From assembly GCF_000017165.1 (NCBI RefSeq), contig NC_009634.1:1200552-1224551 (forward strand): a stretch of 24,000 bases of DNA. Reading direction: 5' to 3'. Positions within the stretch are counted from its first letter, which is position 1. The number at the start of each line of letters is the position of its first letter. The position numbers and the translations under genes are program-made. Of this stretch, positions 1-7,226 are shown piece by piece. The notes under the pieces are model-generated. The model ran no database searches. It was not told the DNA's origin and saw only the letters and a list, made by a program, of their open reading frames with translations. This stretch comes from Methanococcus vannielii SB (lineage in GTDB: Archaea > AGJL01 > Methanococci > Methanococcales > Methanococcaceae).

Positions 1-82
1 GTTCATTTAACTTTTTTATCGCAGCAGAGGCCATATCTACCCTTGCAAACGTAGTATCTACAATACCAACTTTGATAGCCAT
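1..82 (-). CDS. ribC: Riboflavin synthase, archaeal type (N-terminal fragment; gene runs off the window edge)
   Basis: Minus-strand translation from the ATG at 82..80 gives MAIKVGIVDTTFARVDMASAAIKKLNE. The VGIVDTTFARVDM N-terminus is characteristic of archaeal riboflavin synthase (the M. jannaschii MJ1184 family, as I recall it). Only 27 codons are visible. Confidence 0.8.
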   Translation of the reverse strand, partial: MAIKVGIVDTTFARVDMASAAIKKLNE

Positions 83-121
83 ATTTATCCCTAGTTTAAC
101 ATTATTAAAATAAATTAATAA

Positions 122-138
122 TTTAAACTATAAAAACA
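122..138 (-). promoter_or_regulatory. Candidate box A/TATA element upstream of ribC (copy 1 of a 17-nt direct repeat)
   Basis: TTTAAACTATAAAAACA reads on the minus strand as TGTTTTTATAGTTTAAA, which is TATA-like. It lies about 40-55 nt upstream of the ribC ATG. An identical 17-mer occurs at 596-612. Confidence 0.35.
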
Positions 139-258
139 TGCCTTTGGAATTTTTTAGAACCTAACTTGATTAAATGAGCAATTATTTAAAAACAGTGATA
201 TTAAACATGGCTTTTAAAGCCATTAAAAATAACTATAATATACTTATATTTAAATTAA

Positions 259-393
259 TTATTTTTTTATGCTTTTTCTACCTTTTTTTAGCTTTTTAGT
301 GATATTTTCGCGTTTTTTAAGTCTAAAAACTGTAGAACGATATAACTCGGTATAAGAACCCATTTTGTTAACTAATTCTTTTATCCTATTCAT
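259..393 (-). CDS. Hypothetical small basic protein (44 aa from the internal ATG; the ORF track extends it to a GTG at 474)
   Basis: ORF MNRIKELVNKMGSYTELYRSTVFRLKKRENITKKLKKGRKSIKK. I recognise no family. A K/N/I-rich composition is expected by chance in AT-rich DNA. The only support is its position downstream of the duplicated TATA-like element at 596-612. Confidence 0.2.
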   Translation of the reverse strand: MNRIKELVNKMGSYTELYRSTVFRLKKRENITKKLKKGRKSIKK

Positions 394-595
394 ATTTTTT
401 TCCGATTTTATTGAATTTCTAATTTTTAAATTTATCAAGGTATTTTTCGTAGTTAATGGTAACAGTAATTGCACATTCTCCCTCGCATTAGTTTACGTTA
501 TTATTTCTATTTTTCGTAGTATTTATCCATATGTATGGATTATTGACTATAACTACATTAAAATCAGTAAATAATAAAAAAACAGCCATATATTG

Positions 596-612
596 TTTAA
601 ACTATAAAAACA
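596..612 (-). promoter_or_regulatory. Copy 2 of the 17-nt TATA-like direct repeat
   Basis: Identical to 122-138. It sits about 50 nt downstream of the ribB stop and upstream (minus sense) of the unassigned 259-590 region. Confidence 0.3.
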
Positions 613-659
613 GCTATTTAAATGATTAAAAAATTAATAAATAATGATTAAAAAATATT

Positions 660-1343
660 CTATTGTTTTAAGAATTCATTTATATAGTAATCAATCAATT
701 CCTTGCCATTTATTGTTACAAAGTTATTTTCTTCTGAATATTTTTTTACAAGGTCTTTTGAAAGAGCTTTTCCATTGTCGCCCATCATTTCACAAATTGT
801 AGTTATGGGGGTCAATCCGGCCATTTCTGCAAGTGCAACCGTCATTTCAGTATGCCCCTGTCGTTTTGTTACAAGACCTTTTGTGGCACGTAAAAGTGCA
901 ACGTGTCCGGGACACCTGAATTCTTTTCCAAAGTCAGAAAATCTTTCACTACTGCACAAGTCCGTTAATTTTTTAATAGTAAATGCCCGATCATTATCCG
1001 TAATTCCTGTAAAAGTCATTCTATGGTTTGCATATAATGCAAATGTTGACTTTTCATCATATGGAATGTCATTTGGATATAATTCTTTTAAAACAGGGTA
1101 TTTTTCGGCTGCAATATCTAATATGTCAACCATAAACGGAATTCCAAGTTTATCACAGAAGTCCGGATGGATGCAGGTGCATATTAATCCCCCTGCATTC
1201 TTCCTCATTTCCCGAATAGTTTCTGGAGTTATAAATTCAGAAGCTATGACCATGTCAGTCTCCCCTTCTCTATCATCGCTATCATAAAGAAGAACAATTT
1301 TACCTTTTTTAAGTGCATCTATTGCATTTTTAATGTTTGAAAT
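660..1343 (-). CDS. ribB: 3,4-dihydroxy-2-butanone-4-phosphate synthase (probable ATT start at 1343..1341; first ATG at 1253)
   Basis: The 197-aa ORF has RibB motifs ([35 protein letters not shown]). The in-frame sequence upstream of the first ATG encodes ..[30 protein letters not shown].., the conserved acidic substrate/metal loop of RibB, so the gene must start upstream. The proposed start gives 227 aa, the same length I recall for M. jannaschii RibB. Confidence 0.85.
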   Translation of the reverse strand: MSNIKNAIDALKKGKIVLLYDSDDREGETDMVIASEFITPETIREMRKNAGGLICTCIHPDFCDKLGIPFMVDILDIAAEKYPVLKELYPNDIPYDEKSTFALYANHRMTFTGITDNDRAFTIKKLTDLCSSERFSDFGKEFRCPGHVALLRATKGLVTKRQGHTEMTVALAEMAGLTPITTICEMMGDNGKALSKDLVKKYSEENNFVTINGKELIDYYINEFLKQ

Positions 1344-1516
1344 ATTTTCACCCGTATTGGTTGAGTTCTCGCATTTTTTTAATCCATAATTTAGTATTCG
1401 TTATTAACATAATGTAGTATCAAAGCTTTTAACAATCTGTTTTAAAGGGTATATATCTTTTAGGATATGTACTTTTGAATAAATACTTTAAAATTAAGTA
1501 GTACTAAAAATAATAT

Positions 1517-1909
1517 CTATTTTAGGGCTTGAATAATTTTTACAATGTCTAAATTTTTTAAAGATAAGAATTTTCTTAAATTAACTGGCGCAATAATTTC
1601 TAACGTTTTTTTTGAGTGGTCAGTTTTTTTTGGAGAAACTATTGCACAATCCACAAATTTCCCTGATTTATTAAATAGTGTTACTAGAAGTACTTTCCCA
1701 CCAAAATACTCTTTCCCATCGATTTCAAAGCCATCAAACTCCAATGGATCATATTTATCTATATCAAAATAAGTTTTTAATTTTATATTTAAAGTTCCTT
1801 CATAAGGTGTGAATCCAGTTAACTCTTTAAATTTATTTTTATACGGAATTAAACCAACAAAATATTTCCCTTCTCCAAAACCACTTACTACACGTCCAAA
1901 AATTTTCAA
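1517..1909 (-). CDS. ribK: CTP-dependent riboflavin kinase (archaeal RibK, MJ0056 family); TTG start
   Basis: (M)[16 protein letters not shown]...[13 protein letters not shown]...FGGKVL...[20 protein letters not shown] matches the archaeal riboflavin kinase family (VVSGLGEG.YF, PYEGTLN, P.KT.H). The TTG at 1909..1907 is preceded by AAGGTGG. The gene is adjacent to ribB, as in M. jannaschii (MJ0055/MJ0056). Confidence 0.8.
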   Translation of the reverse strand: MKIFGRVVSGFGEGKYFVGLIPYKNKFKELTGFTPYEGTLNIKLKTYFDIDKYDPLEFDGFEIDGKEYFGGKVLLVTLFNKSGKFVDCAIVSPKKTDHSKKTLEIIAPVNLRKFLSLKNLDIVKIIQALK

Positions 1910-2017
1910 AATACCACCTTTACTATATATACATTAAAATCATTAAAATTTAAAACAAATCTAAATTGTATTAAATATGTTACGTTCTATATTGAAATAC
2001 ATTATAGTGGTGAGTAT

Positions 2018-2779
2018 ATGATTGGAATTATCGGCGGAACAGGAATCTCTTCTATATTAAATAAGGGAGAAGAAAAGATAATTAGCACAAAATACGGAAA
2101 TTCAAAAGTTTTAATTGATAACGAAAACGATACCGTTCTTTTATTCCGGCACGGGGCTGAACATAACACCCCGCCACATAAGATAAACTATCTTGCAAAT
2201 ATATATGCTTTAAAAACACTTGGTGTTGACCGTATTCTTGCATTAAGTTGTGTAGGCTCTTTAAGGGACGATGTAATCCCTGGAGACTTCTTTATTCCTT
2301 ATGACTTTTTAGAATTTACTAAATTAAGAAAAAGTACTTTTTATGACGGTGATGATGGAAAAGTTGCCCACGTTGATGCATCTGAACCCTACTGTTTAGA
2401 ACTTCAAAAAATCACTAAAGAGATACTTAAAAAAAGAAATTACAAATTTGACGAAGGAGTTTACGTCTGTACCGAAGGCCCAAGGTTTGAAACAAAAACT
2501 GAAATTCAAATGTATAAGCCACTAGGACACGTTGTAGGAATGACTGCGTACCCTGAAGTAGTTTTAGCACGAGAAATGGAAATATGTTATACTTCAATCT
2601 GCAACGTTTCAAATTATGCGACTGGAATTTCAAAAAACATATTAACAGTTGATGAAGTCCTTGAAACGTTAAAAGAAATGGAAGAAAAGATTTTAAATGT
2701 TTTAAACGACTTCATTACGTATGATTTCAAAGAAAGAACATGTTTTTGCAAATCTGCACTTAAAAATGCCATAATGTAA
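2018..2779 (+). CDS. mtnP: 5'-methylthioadenosine / methylthioinosine phosphorylase family (PNP family 2)
   Basis: IGIIGGTG, FRHG..H..PPHKINY.ANI.ALK.LGV, VCTEGPRFETKTEI and GMTAYPEVVLAREMEI are MTAP-type motifs. There is a C-terminal CFC cysteine pair. A GGTGA ribosome-binding site lies 6 nt upstream of the ATG. Confidence 0.8.
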   Translation: MIGIIGGTGISSILNKGEEKIISTKYGNSKVLIDNENDTVLLFRHGAEHNTPPHKINYLANIYALKTLGVDRILALSCVGSLRDDVIPGDFFIPYDFLEFTKLRKSTFYDGDDGKVAHVDASEPYCLELQKITKEILKKRNYKFDEGVYVCTEGPRFETKTEIQMYKPLGHVVGMTAYPEVVLAREMEICYTSICNVSNYATGISKNILTVDEVLETLKEMEEKILNVLNDFITYDFKERTCFCKSALKNAIM

Positions 2780-2791
2780 AAAAGGGATACT

Positions 2792-3409
2792 ATGATAACT
2801 TTTAAGATTTCAGAAGATAATCTTAACAAATTTGAAAAAGAAATTGAAATCGTTAAAAAAGTAGTACTTGAAGGTGGCGTAATTTTATGTGGTACGGATA
2901 CACTATACGGGCTTTCAACAAATGCTTTAGATGAAAATGCAATCGAAAAAATCTACAAAATAAAAAAAAGAGACCCTAATAAGCCTATATCAATAAGTTT
3001 GGGCGAAAAATATCAGGTTGAAAAATACGTTTATGTGGACGATACTGCAAGAAAACTAATTGATAAATTTATGCCCGGCCCAATTACGATTATACTAAAG
3101 AAAAAAGATATACTTCCAGATATTTTGGGAAAAAATGATGTTGGCGTTAGAATTCCCGATAATGACGTTATAAGGAAAATTTCGGTAGTTCCATTAACAA
3201 CAACAAGTGCAAATATTAGCGGGGAAGTATCTCCAATAGCTCTTGAGGAAGTAGACCCCAAGGTAAAAGAAAAAGTAGATTTAATAATAGACAGCGGTAC
3301 CTGTAAACATAGGATGCAGTCTACAATTATAAAAGTGATTGATGGAAAAATAGAATTAATAAGAGAAGGAAAAATTCCTTTTGAAGATATTTTAAAAGCT
3401 TTAGAATGA
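2792..3409 (+). CDS. tsaC: L-threonylcarbamoyladenylate synthase, short YrdC/TsaC-type (t6A tRNA modification)
   Basis: GGVILCGTDTLYGL, KIYKIKKRDPNKPISI, PGPITIIL, VGVRIP and PLTTTSANISG are YrdC/Sua5-domain motifs. At 205 aa it lacks the C-terminal Sua5 domain. Confidence 0.8.
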   Translation: MITFKISEDNLNKFEKEIEIVKKVVLEGGVILCGTDTLYGLSTNALDENAIEKIYKIKKRDPNKPISISLGEKYQVEKYVYVDDTARKLIDKFMPGPITIILKKKDILPDILGKNDVGVRIPDNDVIRKISVVPLTTTSANISGEVSPIALEEVDPKVKEKVDLIIDSGTCKHRMQSTIIKVIDGKIELIREGKIPFEDILKALE

Positions 3410-3457
3410 TATTTTTTATTATTTTAAATAACAAATAAACCTTAAATATCTTTAAAC

Positions 3458-4738
3458 CTATCGTTTTCCAAGTTCTTCAACCATTAAAAGAGCACAGTAG
3501 TCTCCACATACACTACATGCTTTTTCGTCTTTTGAAGGAATTTCTTCCCTCATTTTTTTTGGTTTATCGCTATCAAGTGCAATTTCAAACTGCCTTTCCC
3601 AGTCATGTTTTATTCTTGCATCTGCCATCTGTCTTTCCTTGTTCCATGCAACAGGATTTCCCTTTGCAACATCAGCAGCTTGGGCTGCAATTTTTGATGC
3701 AATTAATCCTTCTTTTACTTCTTCTTCTTTCATGAGTCTGACGTGTTCAGCAGGAGTTACATAACATAAAAAATTTGCACCACTTACCGCTGCAAGGGTT
3801 CCACCGATTGCAGCTGTAATATGGTCGTATCCTGGCGCTAAATCAGTTACAATCGGGCCTAAAACGTAGAATGGTGCGTTTTTACAGATTGTTTTTTGAA
3901 TTTGCATGTTCGCTTGAATATTATTGTAAGGGACGTGTCCAGGACCTTCAACCATAACTTGAACCCCTTTTTCTCTACATCTATCTACTAACTCCCCTAG
4001 AGTTATTAATTCCTGTATTTGGGCTCTATCCGTATTGTCCTGCAAACATCCGGGCCTCATTCCATCGCCAAGACTTAAAGTTACGTCATGTTCTTTTAAA
4101 ATTTCAAGTAGGTAGTCAAAATCTCTATAAAGGGGATTTTCCTTGTTGTGGTACATTATATACGCAGTTAAAAATGCACCTCCTCTACTTACCACCCCCA
4201 TTTTTCTAGGGTCTTTATTCAATGTGTCAACGCTCTGTTTTGTAATGCCGCAGTGCAGTGTCATAAAATCAACACCTTCTTGGGCTTGCCTTTCAATAAC
4301 GTTAAAAATCAGGTCTTCATCCATATCTATGACTCGACCGTACTTTTCTTTTGAATCAACACCAACTTCATAGATTGGAACAGTCCCAATTGGAAGATTC
4401 GTGTTTTTCATAATTTGACTTCTAATTTCTGGAAGATTTCCACCGGTACTTAAGTCCATAATTGCGTCAGCACCGTATTTATTTGAAATTTCAACTTTTT
4501 TAAGTTCACAAGAAATATCAATAAAATCAGGTGAGGTACCTAAATTTACATTAACTTTTGTTCGTAAGTTATCCCCAATTCCAACGGGCTTCGTTTTTCG
4601 GTTTATATTTTTTGGAATTACCACGTAACCTTTTTCAATAAGTTTTCTAAGGTAATTAACGTCAATTTTTTCCTCGTCGGCTACAAACTTCATCTCTTCA
4701 GTAACTATTCCTGATTTTGCATCAGTTAACTGGGTCAT
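3458..4738 (-). CDS. thiC: Phosphomethylpyrimidine (HMP-P) synthase ThiC, radical-SAM
   Basis: Motifs DLSTGG, TLHCG, VSRGG, MVEGPGHVP and the C-terminal CSVCGDYCA (CX2CX4C cluster). Full-length 426 aa. Confidence 0.95.
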   Translation of the reverse strand: MTQLTDAKSGIVTEEMKFVADEEKIDVNYLRKLIEKGYVVIPKNINRKTKPVGIGDNLRTKVNVNLGTSPDFIDISCELKKVEISNKYGADAIMDLSTGGNLPEIRSQIMKNTNLPIGTVPIYEVGVDSKEKYGRVIDMDEDLIFNVIERQAQEGVDFMTLHCGITKQSVDTLNKDPRKMGVVSRGGAFLTAYIMYHNKENPLYRDFDYLLEILKEHDVTLSLGDGMRPGCLQDNTDRAQIQELITLGELVDRCREKGVQVMVEGPGHVPYNNIQANMQIQKTICKNAPFYVLGPIVTDLAPGYDHITAAIGGTLAAVSGANFLCYVTPAEHVRLMKEEEVKEGLIASKIAAQAADVAKGNPVAWNKERQMADARIKHDWERQFEIALDSDKPKKMREEIPSKDEKACSVCGDYCALLMVEELGKR

Positions 4739-4823
4739 AATATCACTTTTATAGTTTATTAATAATATTGGAGTAACTATATAGTATGTATTGATTATTT
4801 AAATAAATATTTGACGTGGTATT

Positions 4824-5753
4824 ATGTGGGATTTAGAGACTAATAAAGTTTTAAATGCGATAACATCAAAAAATGCGACAAAAGTATTGTTTCAAGCACC
4901 CGAAGGACTTAAAAGGGCCGTTGAAAAAGAGATAGAATATTTAAAAACAAAAACAAGTGTTGAACTTATGATTTGGGGTGAAACTTGTTTTGGAGCTTGT
5001 GATTTATGCGACGAAGAAGTTAAAATTTTAGGAATAGATTTAATTATTCATTATGGACACGAAGAACTCGCCTATGTTCATTCAGAAATTCCTGTATTAT
5101 TTATTCACGCTTATTTTATGGAAAATGAATATTTTTTACAAGATGTTAAAAATATTCTTGAAGATATGGAAAATACAACCGTTACAACAACAATTCAATT
5201 TAAAAAAGCCCTTAAAATGTTTAACCCGGTTGTAATTTTAGGATGTAGGGCGCCGGTTGAAAATGCGGAAAAAGTTTTATTTGTTGGAACTGGAAGATTT
5301 CACCCGCTAATGATGGCGTATAAACTTAAAAAAACTGTTAAAATATATAACCCAATTACAAGAGAAATTTCTGAAATAAATGATCAAGAAATAAAAAAAT
5401 TGATAAAATTAAGAGTTGGGAGAGTTTCAAAATTACTTCTAAACCCGCCTAAAAAAATAGGCGTAGTTTTATCAACAAAAAAAGGACAATGTAGATTAAA
5501 ATCATTTGAAAAAGTAATTGAACTTTTAAGGAAAAATAACATTGAATACATTCCAATAGTATTAAATAACATTTCTCAAAGCTATTTAATTTATAATGTA
5601 GATGCATATATTATCTGTGCATGTCCAAGAATTGTGATGGATGACTATACTAATTATGAAAGTACGCTAATTACCCCTGAAGAACTTAAAATGTATATTT
5701 CAAAAGATTTTGAGTACAAATTCGATGAAATTTTAGAAAACAATTTCTACTAA
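4824..5753 (+). CDS. dph2: 2-(3-amino-3-carboxypropyl)histidine synthase Dph2 (diphthamide biosynthesis)
   Basis: VLFQAPEGLK, ETCFGACDL, HYGH, ILGCRAP, GTGRFHP and IICACPRI match the archaeal Dph2 layout, with three separated Cys regions for the 4Fe-4S cluster. Confidence 0.8.
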   Translation: MWDLETNKVLNAITSKNATKVLFQAPEGLKRAVEKEIEYLKTKTSVELMIWGETCFGACDLCDEEVKILGIDLIIHYGHEELAYVHSEIPVLFIHAYFMENEYFLQDVKNILEDMENTTVTTTIQFKKALKMFNPVVILGCRAPVENAEKVLFVGTGRFHPLMMAYKLKKTVKIYNPITREISEINDQEIKKLIKLRVGRVSKLLLNPPKKIGVVLSTKKGQCRLKSFEKVIELLRKNNIEYIPIVLNNISQSYLIYNVDAYIICACPRIVMDDYTNYESTLITPEELKMYISKDFEYKFDEILENNFY

Positions 5754-5792
5754 ATTTTTTAATTTTAATCTTAATTTTAATTATAAACGAAA

Positions 5793-5826
5793 AGTATATA
5801 TATTAGATTTCTATAGGTATAGATGC
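5793..5826 (+). promoter_or_regulatory. Box A (AAAGTATATATATTA) plus box B (ATGC) promoter for tRNA-Leu
   Basis: The TATATATA core at 5795-5802 is followed about 22 nt later by ATGC at 5823-5826, matching the methanococcal stable-RNA promoter layout. This would give a ~20-nt leader before the tRNA. Confidence 0.5.
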
Positions 5827-5844
5827 GAAGTAATATGTTTCATT

Positions 5845-5929
5845 GGAGGGATTGCCAAGCCTGGTCAAAGGCGTCGGACTTAAGATCCGATCCGGTAGCG
5901 GTTCGGGGGTTCAAATCCCCTTCCCTCCA
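5845..5929 (+). tRNA. tRNA-Leu (anticodon UAA), type II with long variable arm, CCA not encoded
   Basis: The acceptor stem GGAGGGA/TCCCTCC is followed by discriminator A. The anticodon stem TCGGA/TCCGA carries the loop CTTAAGA. The variable arm is TCCGGTAGCGGTTC and the T arm is GGGGG-TTCAAAT-CCCCT. A T5 run follows at 5931-5935. Confidence 0.95.
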
Positions 5930-6287
5930 CTTTTTCGAATAACGTGCTATTTTCTGGTTTCTTTCAAGACCGTAGATTTTTAAAGCGATTTAGCTCTTTT
6001 GCAGTATTTTACATCTAAAGGATCCTTAACAGTTCCTCAAAATAAATCGGATTTTTACCAATTGCAACGATTTTTAATGATTTTTAACGTTTTTCACTAT
6101 TCTGATCTATCGATTCTTAAAAATTTTGAAGTCATATTTTAGAAAAATATATATACTTTAAGTAAGATTACAATTTTTAAATAAACTTAAAAAATTTTAT
6201 ATTAAAAATAAATTTAACATAAATTAAAGATTTAAGACATTTTAAAACGCAATAATCTTTATTTTTCGTTTAAAGTGGTGAAAAATT

Positions 6288-6536
6288 ATGAAATCAGATA
6301 CTCTAAAAAATGAAACAATTTTACTAATTGATTTACCACATGGACAAAAAGGAATAATCCTTGAACAATATGGAAATCAATTTTTAGCATCTTTAGGGCT
6401 TAGAAAAGGAAAAATAATACAGTTAGTTGCAAAGCAAATTTATGGTGGGCCATTAGTCTGTTCAATAGATGACCGGAAAATTGCAATAGGAAAAGACATA
6501 GCAAAATTAATCCAAGTAAAACCATTTATCGCCTAA
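6288..6536 (+). CDS. feoA: FeoA-family ferrous iron transport protein
   Basis: An 82-aa FeoA/SH3-like pattern: L.DLP.GQKG.I......N.FLASLGLRKGK.I......YGGPLV..IDDRKIAIGKDIA..I.V. A GTGGTGA ribosome-binding site lies upstream. Confidence 0.8.
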   Translation: MKSDTLKNETILLIDLPHGQKGIILEQYGNQFLASLGLRKGKIIQLVAKQIYGGPLVCSIDDRKIAIGKDIAKLIQVKPFIA

Positions 6537-6549
6537 TTAGGGGTGAATT

Positions 6550-7083
6550 ATGAAAAAATTCTTTGCAAATCTTGAAAAAATTAGCTGTAATATTTACCCT
6601 GTTTTTTACAGCTACTGTAAATATTATGAAAAAACAGTTAAACGGGAAATTGAGCTAGCAAATATTACTTCAAAAGACAAAGTTCTTGTAATAGGCTCAG
6701 GTTCTATACCATTTACTGCAATACACGTAAGTAAACTTACCGGGGCAAACGTTACTGCTGTTGATATTGATAAAGAGGCAGTTGAAAAGTCAAAATCTTG
6801 CATAAAGAAGTATAATTTTAATAATATAACTGTATTAAACGAAAATGGATTAAATGTGGATTGCAATAACTATGATGTTATAATCATTGCACTTCAGGTT
6901 TTTGAAAAAGAAGAGATTTTATCAAAAATAATTGATAACGGAATTTCAAAAAGAGTTATAGTGCGTCAACCGGCGGAAAATTATGCAAAAATATATGGTG
7001 AACTTCCAAAAAATTATAAGCCTAAGTCATACGTTATTCAGAATATGAAAACATTTAAAAAATCATGTATGTATGGAGTTTAA
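6550..7083 (+). CDS. Short nicotianamine-synthase-like (NAS-like) SAM-binding Rossmann-fold protein
   Basis: YPVFYSYCKYY...VLVIGSGSIPFTAIHVS...VTAVDIDKEAVEKS...YDVIIIALQVFEKEEILSKI...RVIVRQP parallels the NAS signature as I recall it (FPYY.NY ... GSGPLPLTSI ... D.D..A ... YDVVFLAALVGM..E.K..V...L ... L..RSA). It is only 177 aa, so it lacks most of the NAS N-terminal helical domain. The call is by eye only. Confidence 0.5.
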   Translation: MKKFFANLEKISCNIYPVFYSYCKYYEKTVKREIELANITSKDKVLVIGSGSIPFTAIHVSKLTGANVTAVDIDKEAVEKSKSCIKKYNFNNITVLNENGLNVDCNNYDVIIIALQVFEKEEILSKIIDNGISKRVIVRQPAENYAKIYGELPKNYKPKSYVIQNMKTFKKSCMYGV

Positions 7084-7226
7084 ATTTTGAAATATTAAAA
7101 TCCGATGCTTTAGAAAATAAAAAAGTTTTAACTAAAATTTAACTAAATTTTAGTTAAATTAAATTTTTACATAATTTACATAAAATCTCTTTTAAAGAAC
7201 ATGGAATAATTTAAATGGTGTAATTT

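Noticed and set aside
365-574. A 69-aa plus-strand ORF in the ribC-ribB spacer.
   Set aside because: It gives an extremely Phe/Ile-rich translation of poly-T-rich DNA and has no ribosome-binding site. It overlaps the (also weak) minus-strand small ORF.
703-1287. A 194-aa plus-strand ORF. Similar antisense or overlapping ORFs occur elsewhere (1545-1772, 2427-2829, 3031-3261, 3517-3735, 4143-4373, 5053-5572, 6624-6866, 8657-9664, 18300-18485, 18847-19029, 20000-20317, 21357-21623, 22078-22266).
   Set aside because: Each is antisense to, or out of frame within, a strongly supported gene. Each has a low-complexity, Phe/Ser/Ile-rich translation and no ribosome-binding site.
4739-4823. Considered a TPP riboswitch upstream of thiC, and an FMN riboswitch upstream of ribB/ribK (1381-1516, 1910-2017).
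   Set aside because: The leaders are short (85-135 bp), shared with divergent promoters and extremely AT-rich. I could find none of the conserved GC-rich riboswitch cores (for example the CTGAGA/ACCTGATCTGGATAATGCCAGCG-type TPP elements).
5845-6287. tRNA-Leu followed by ~360 bp of non-coding DNA, considered as a possible integration site or remnant of a mobile element.
   Set aside because: There is no duplicated copy of the tRNA 3' end in the window. There is no integrase or other element gene, and the short reading frames in 5930-6287 are broken by stops in all frames.
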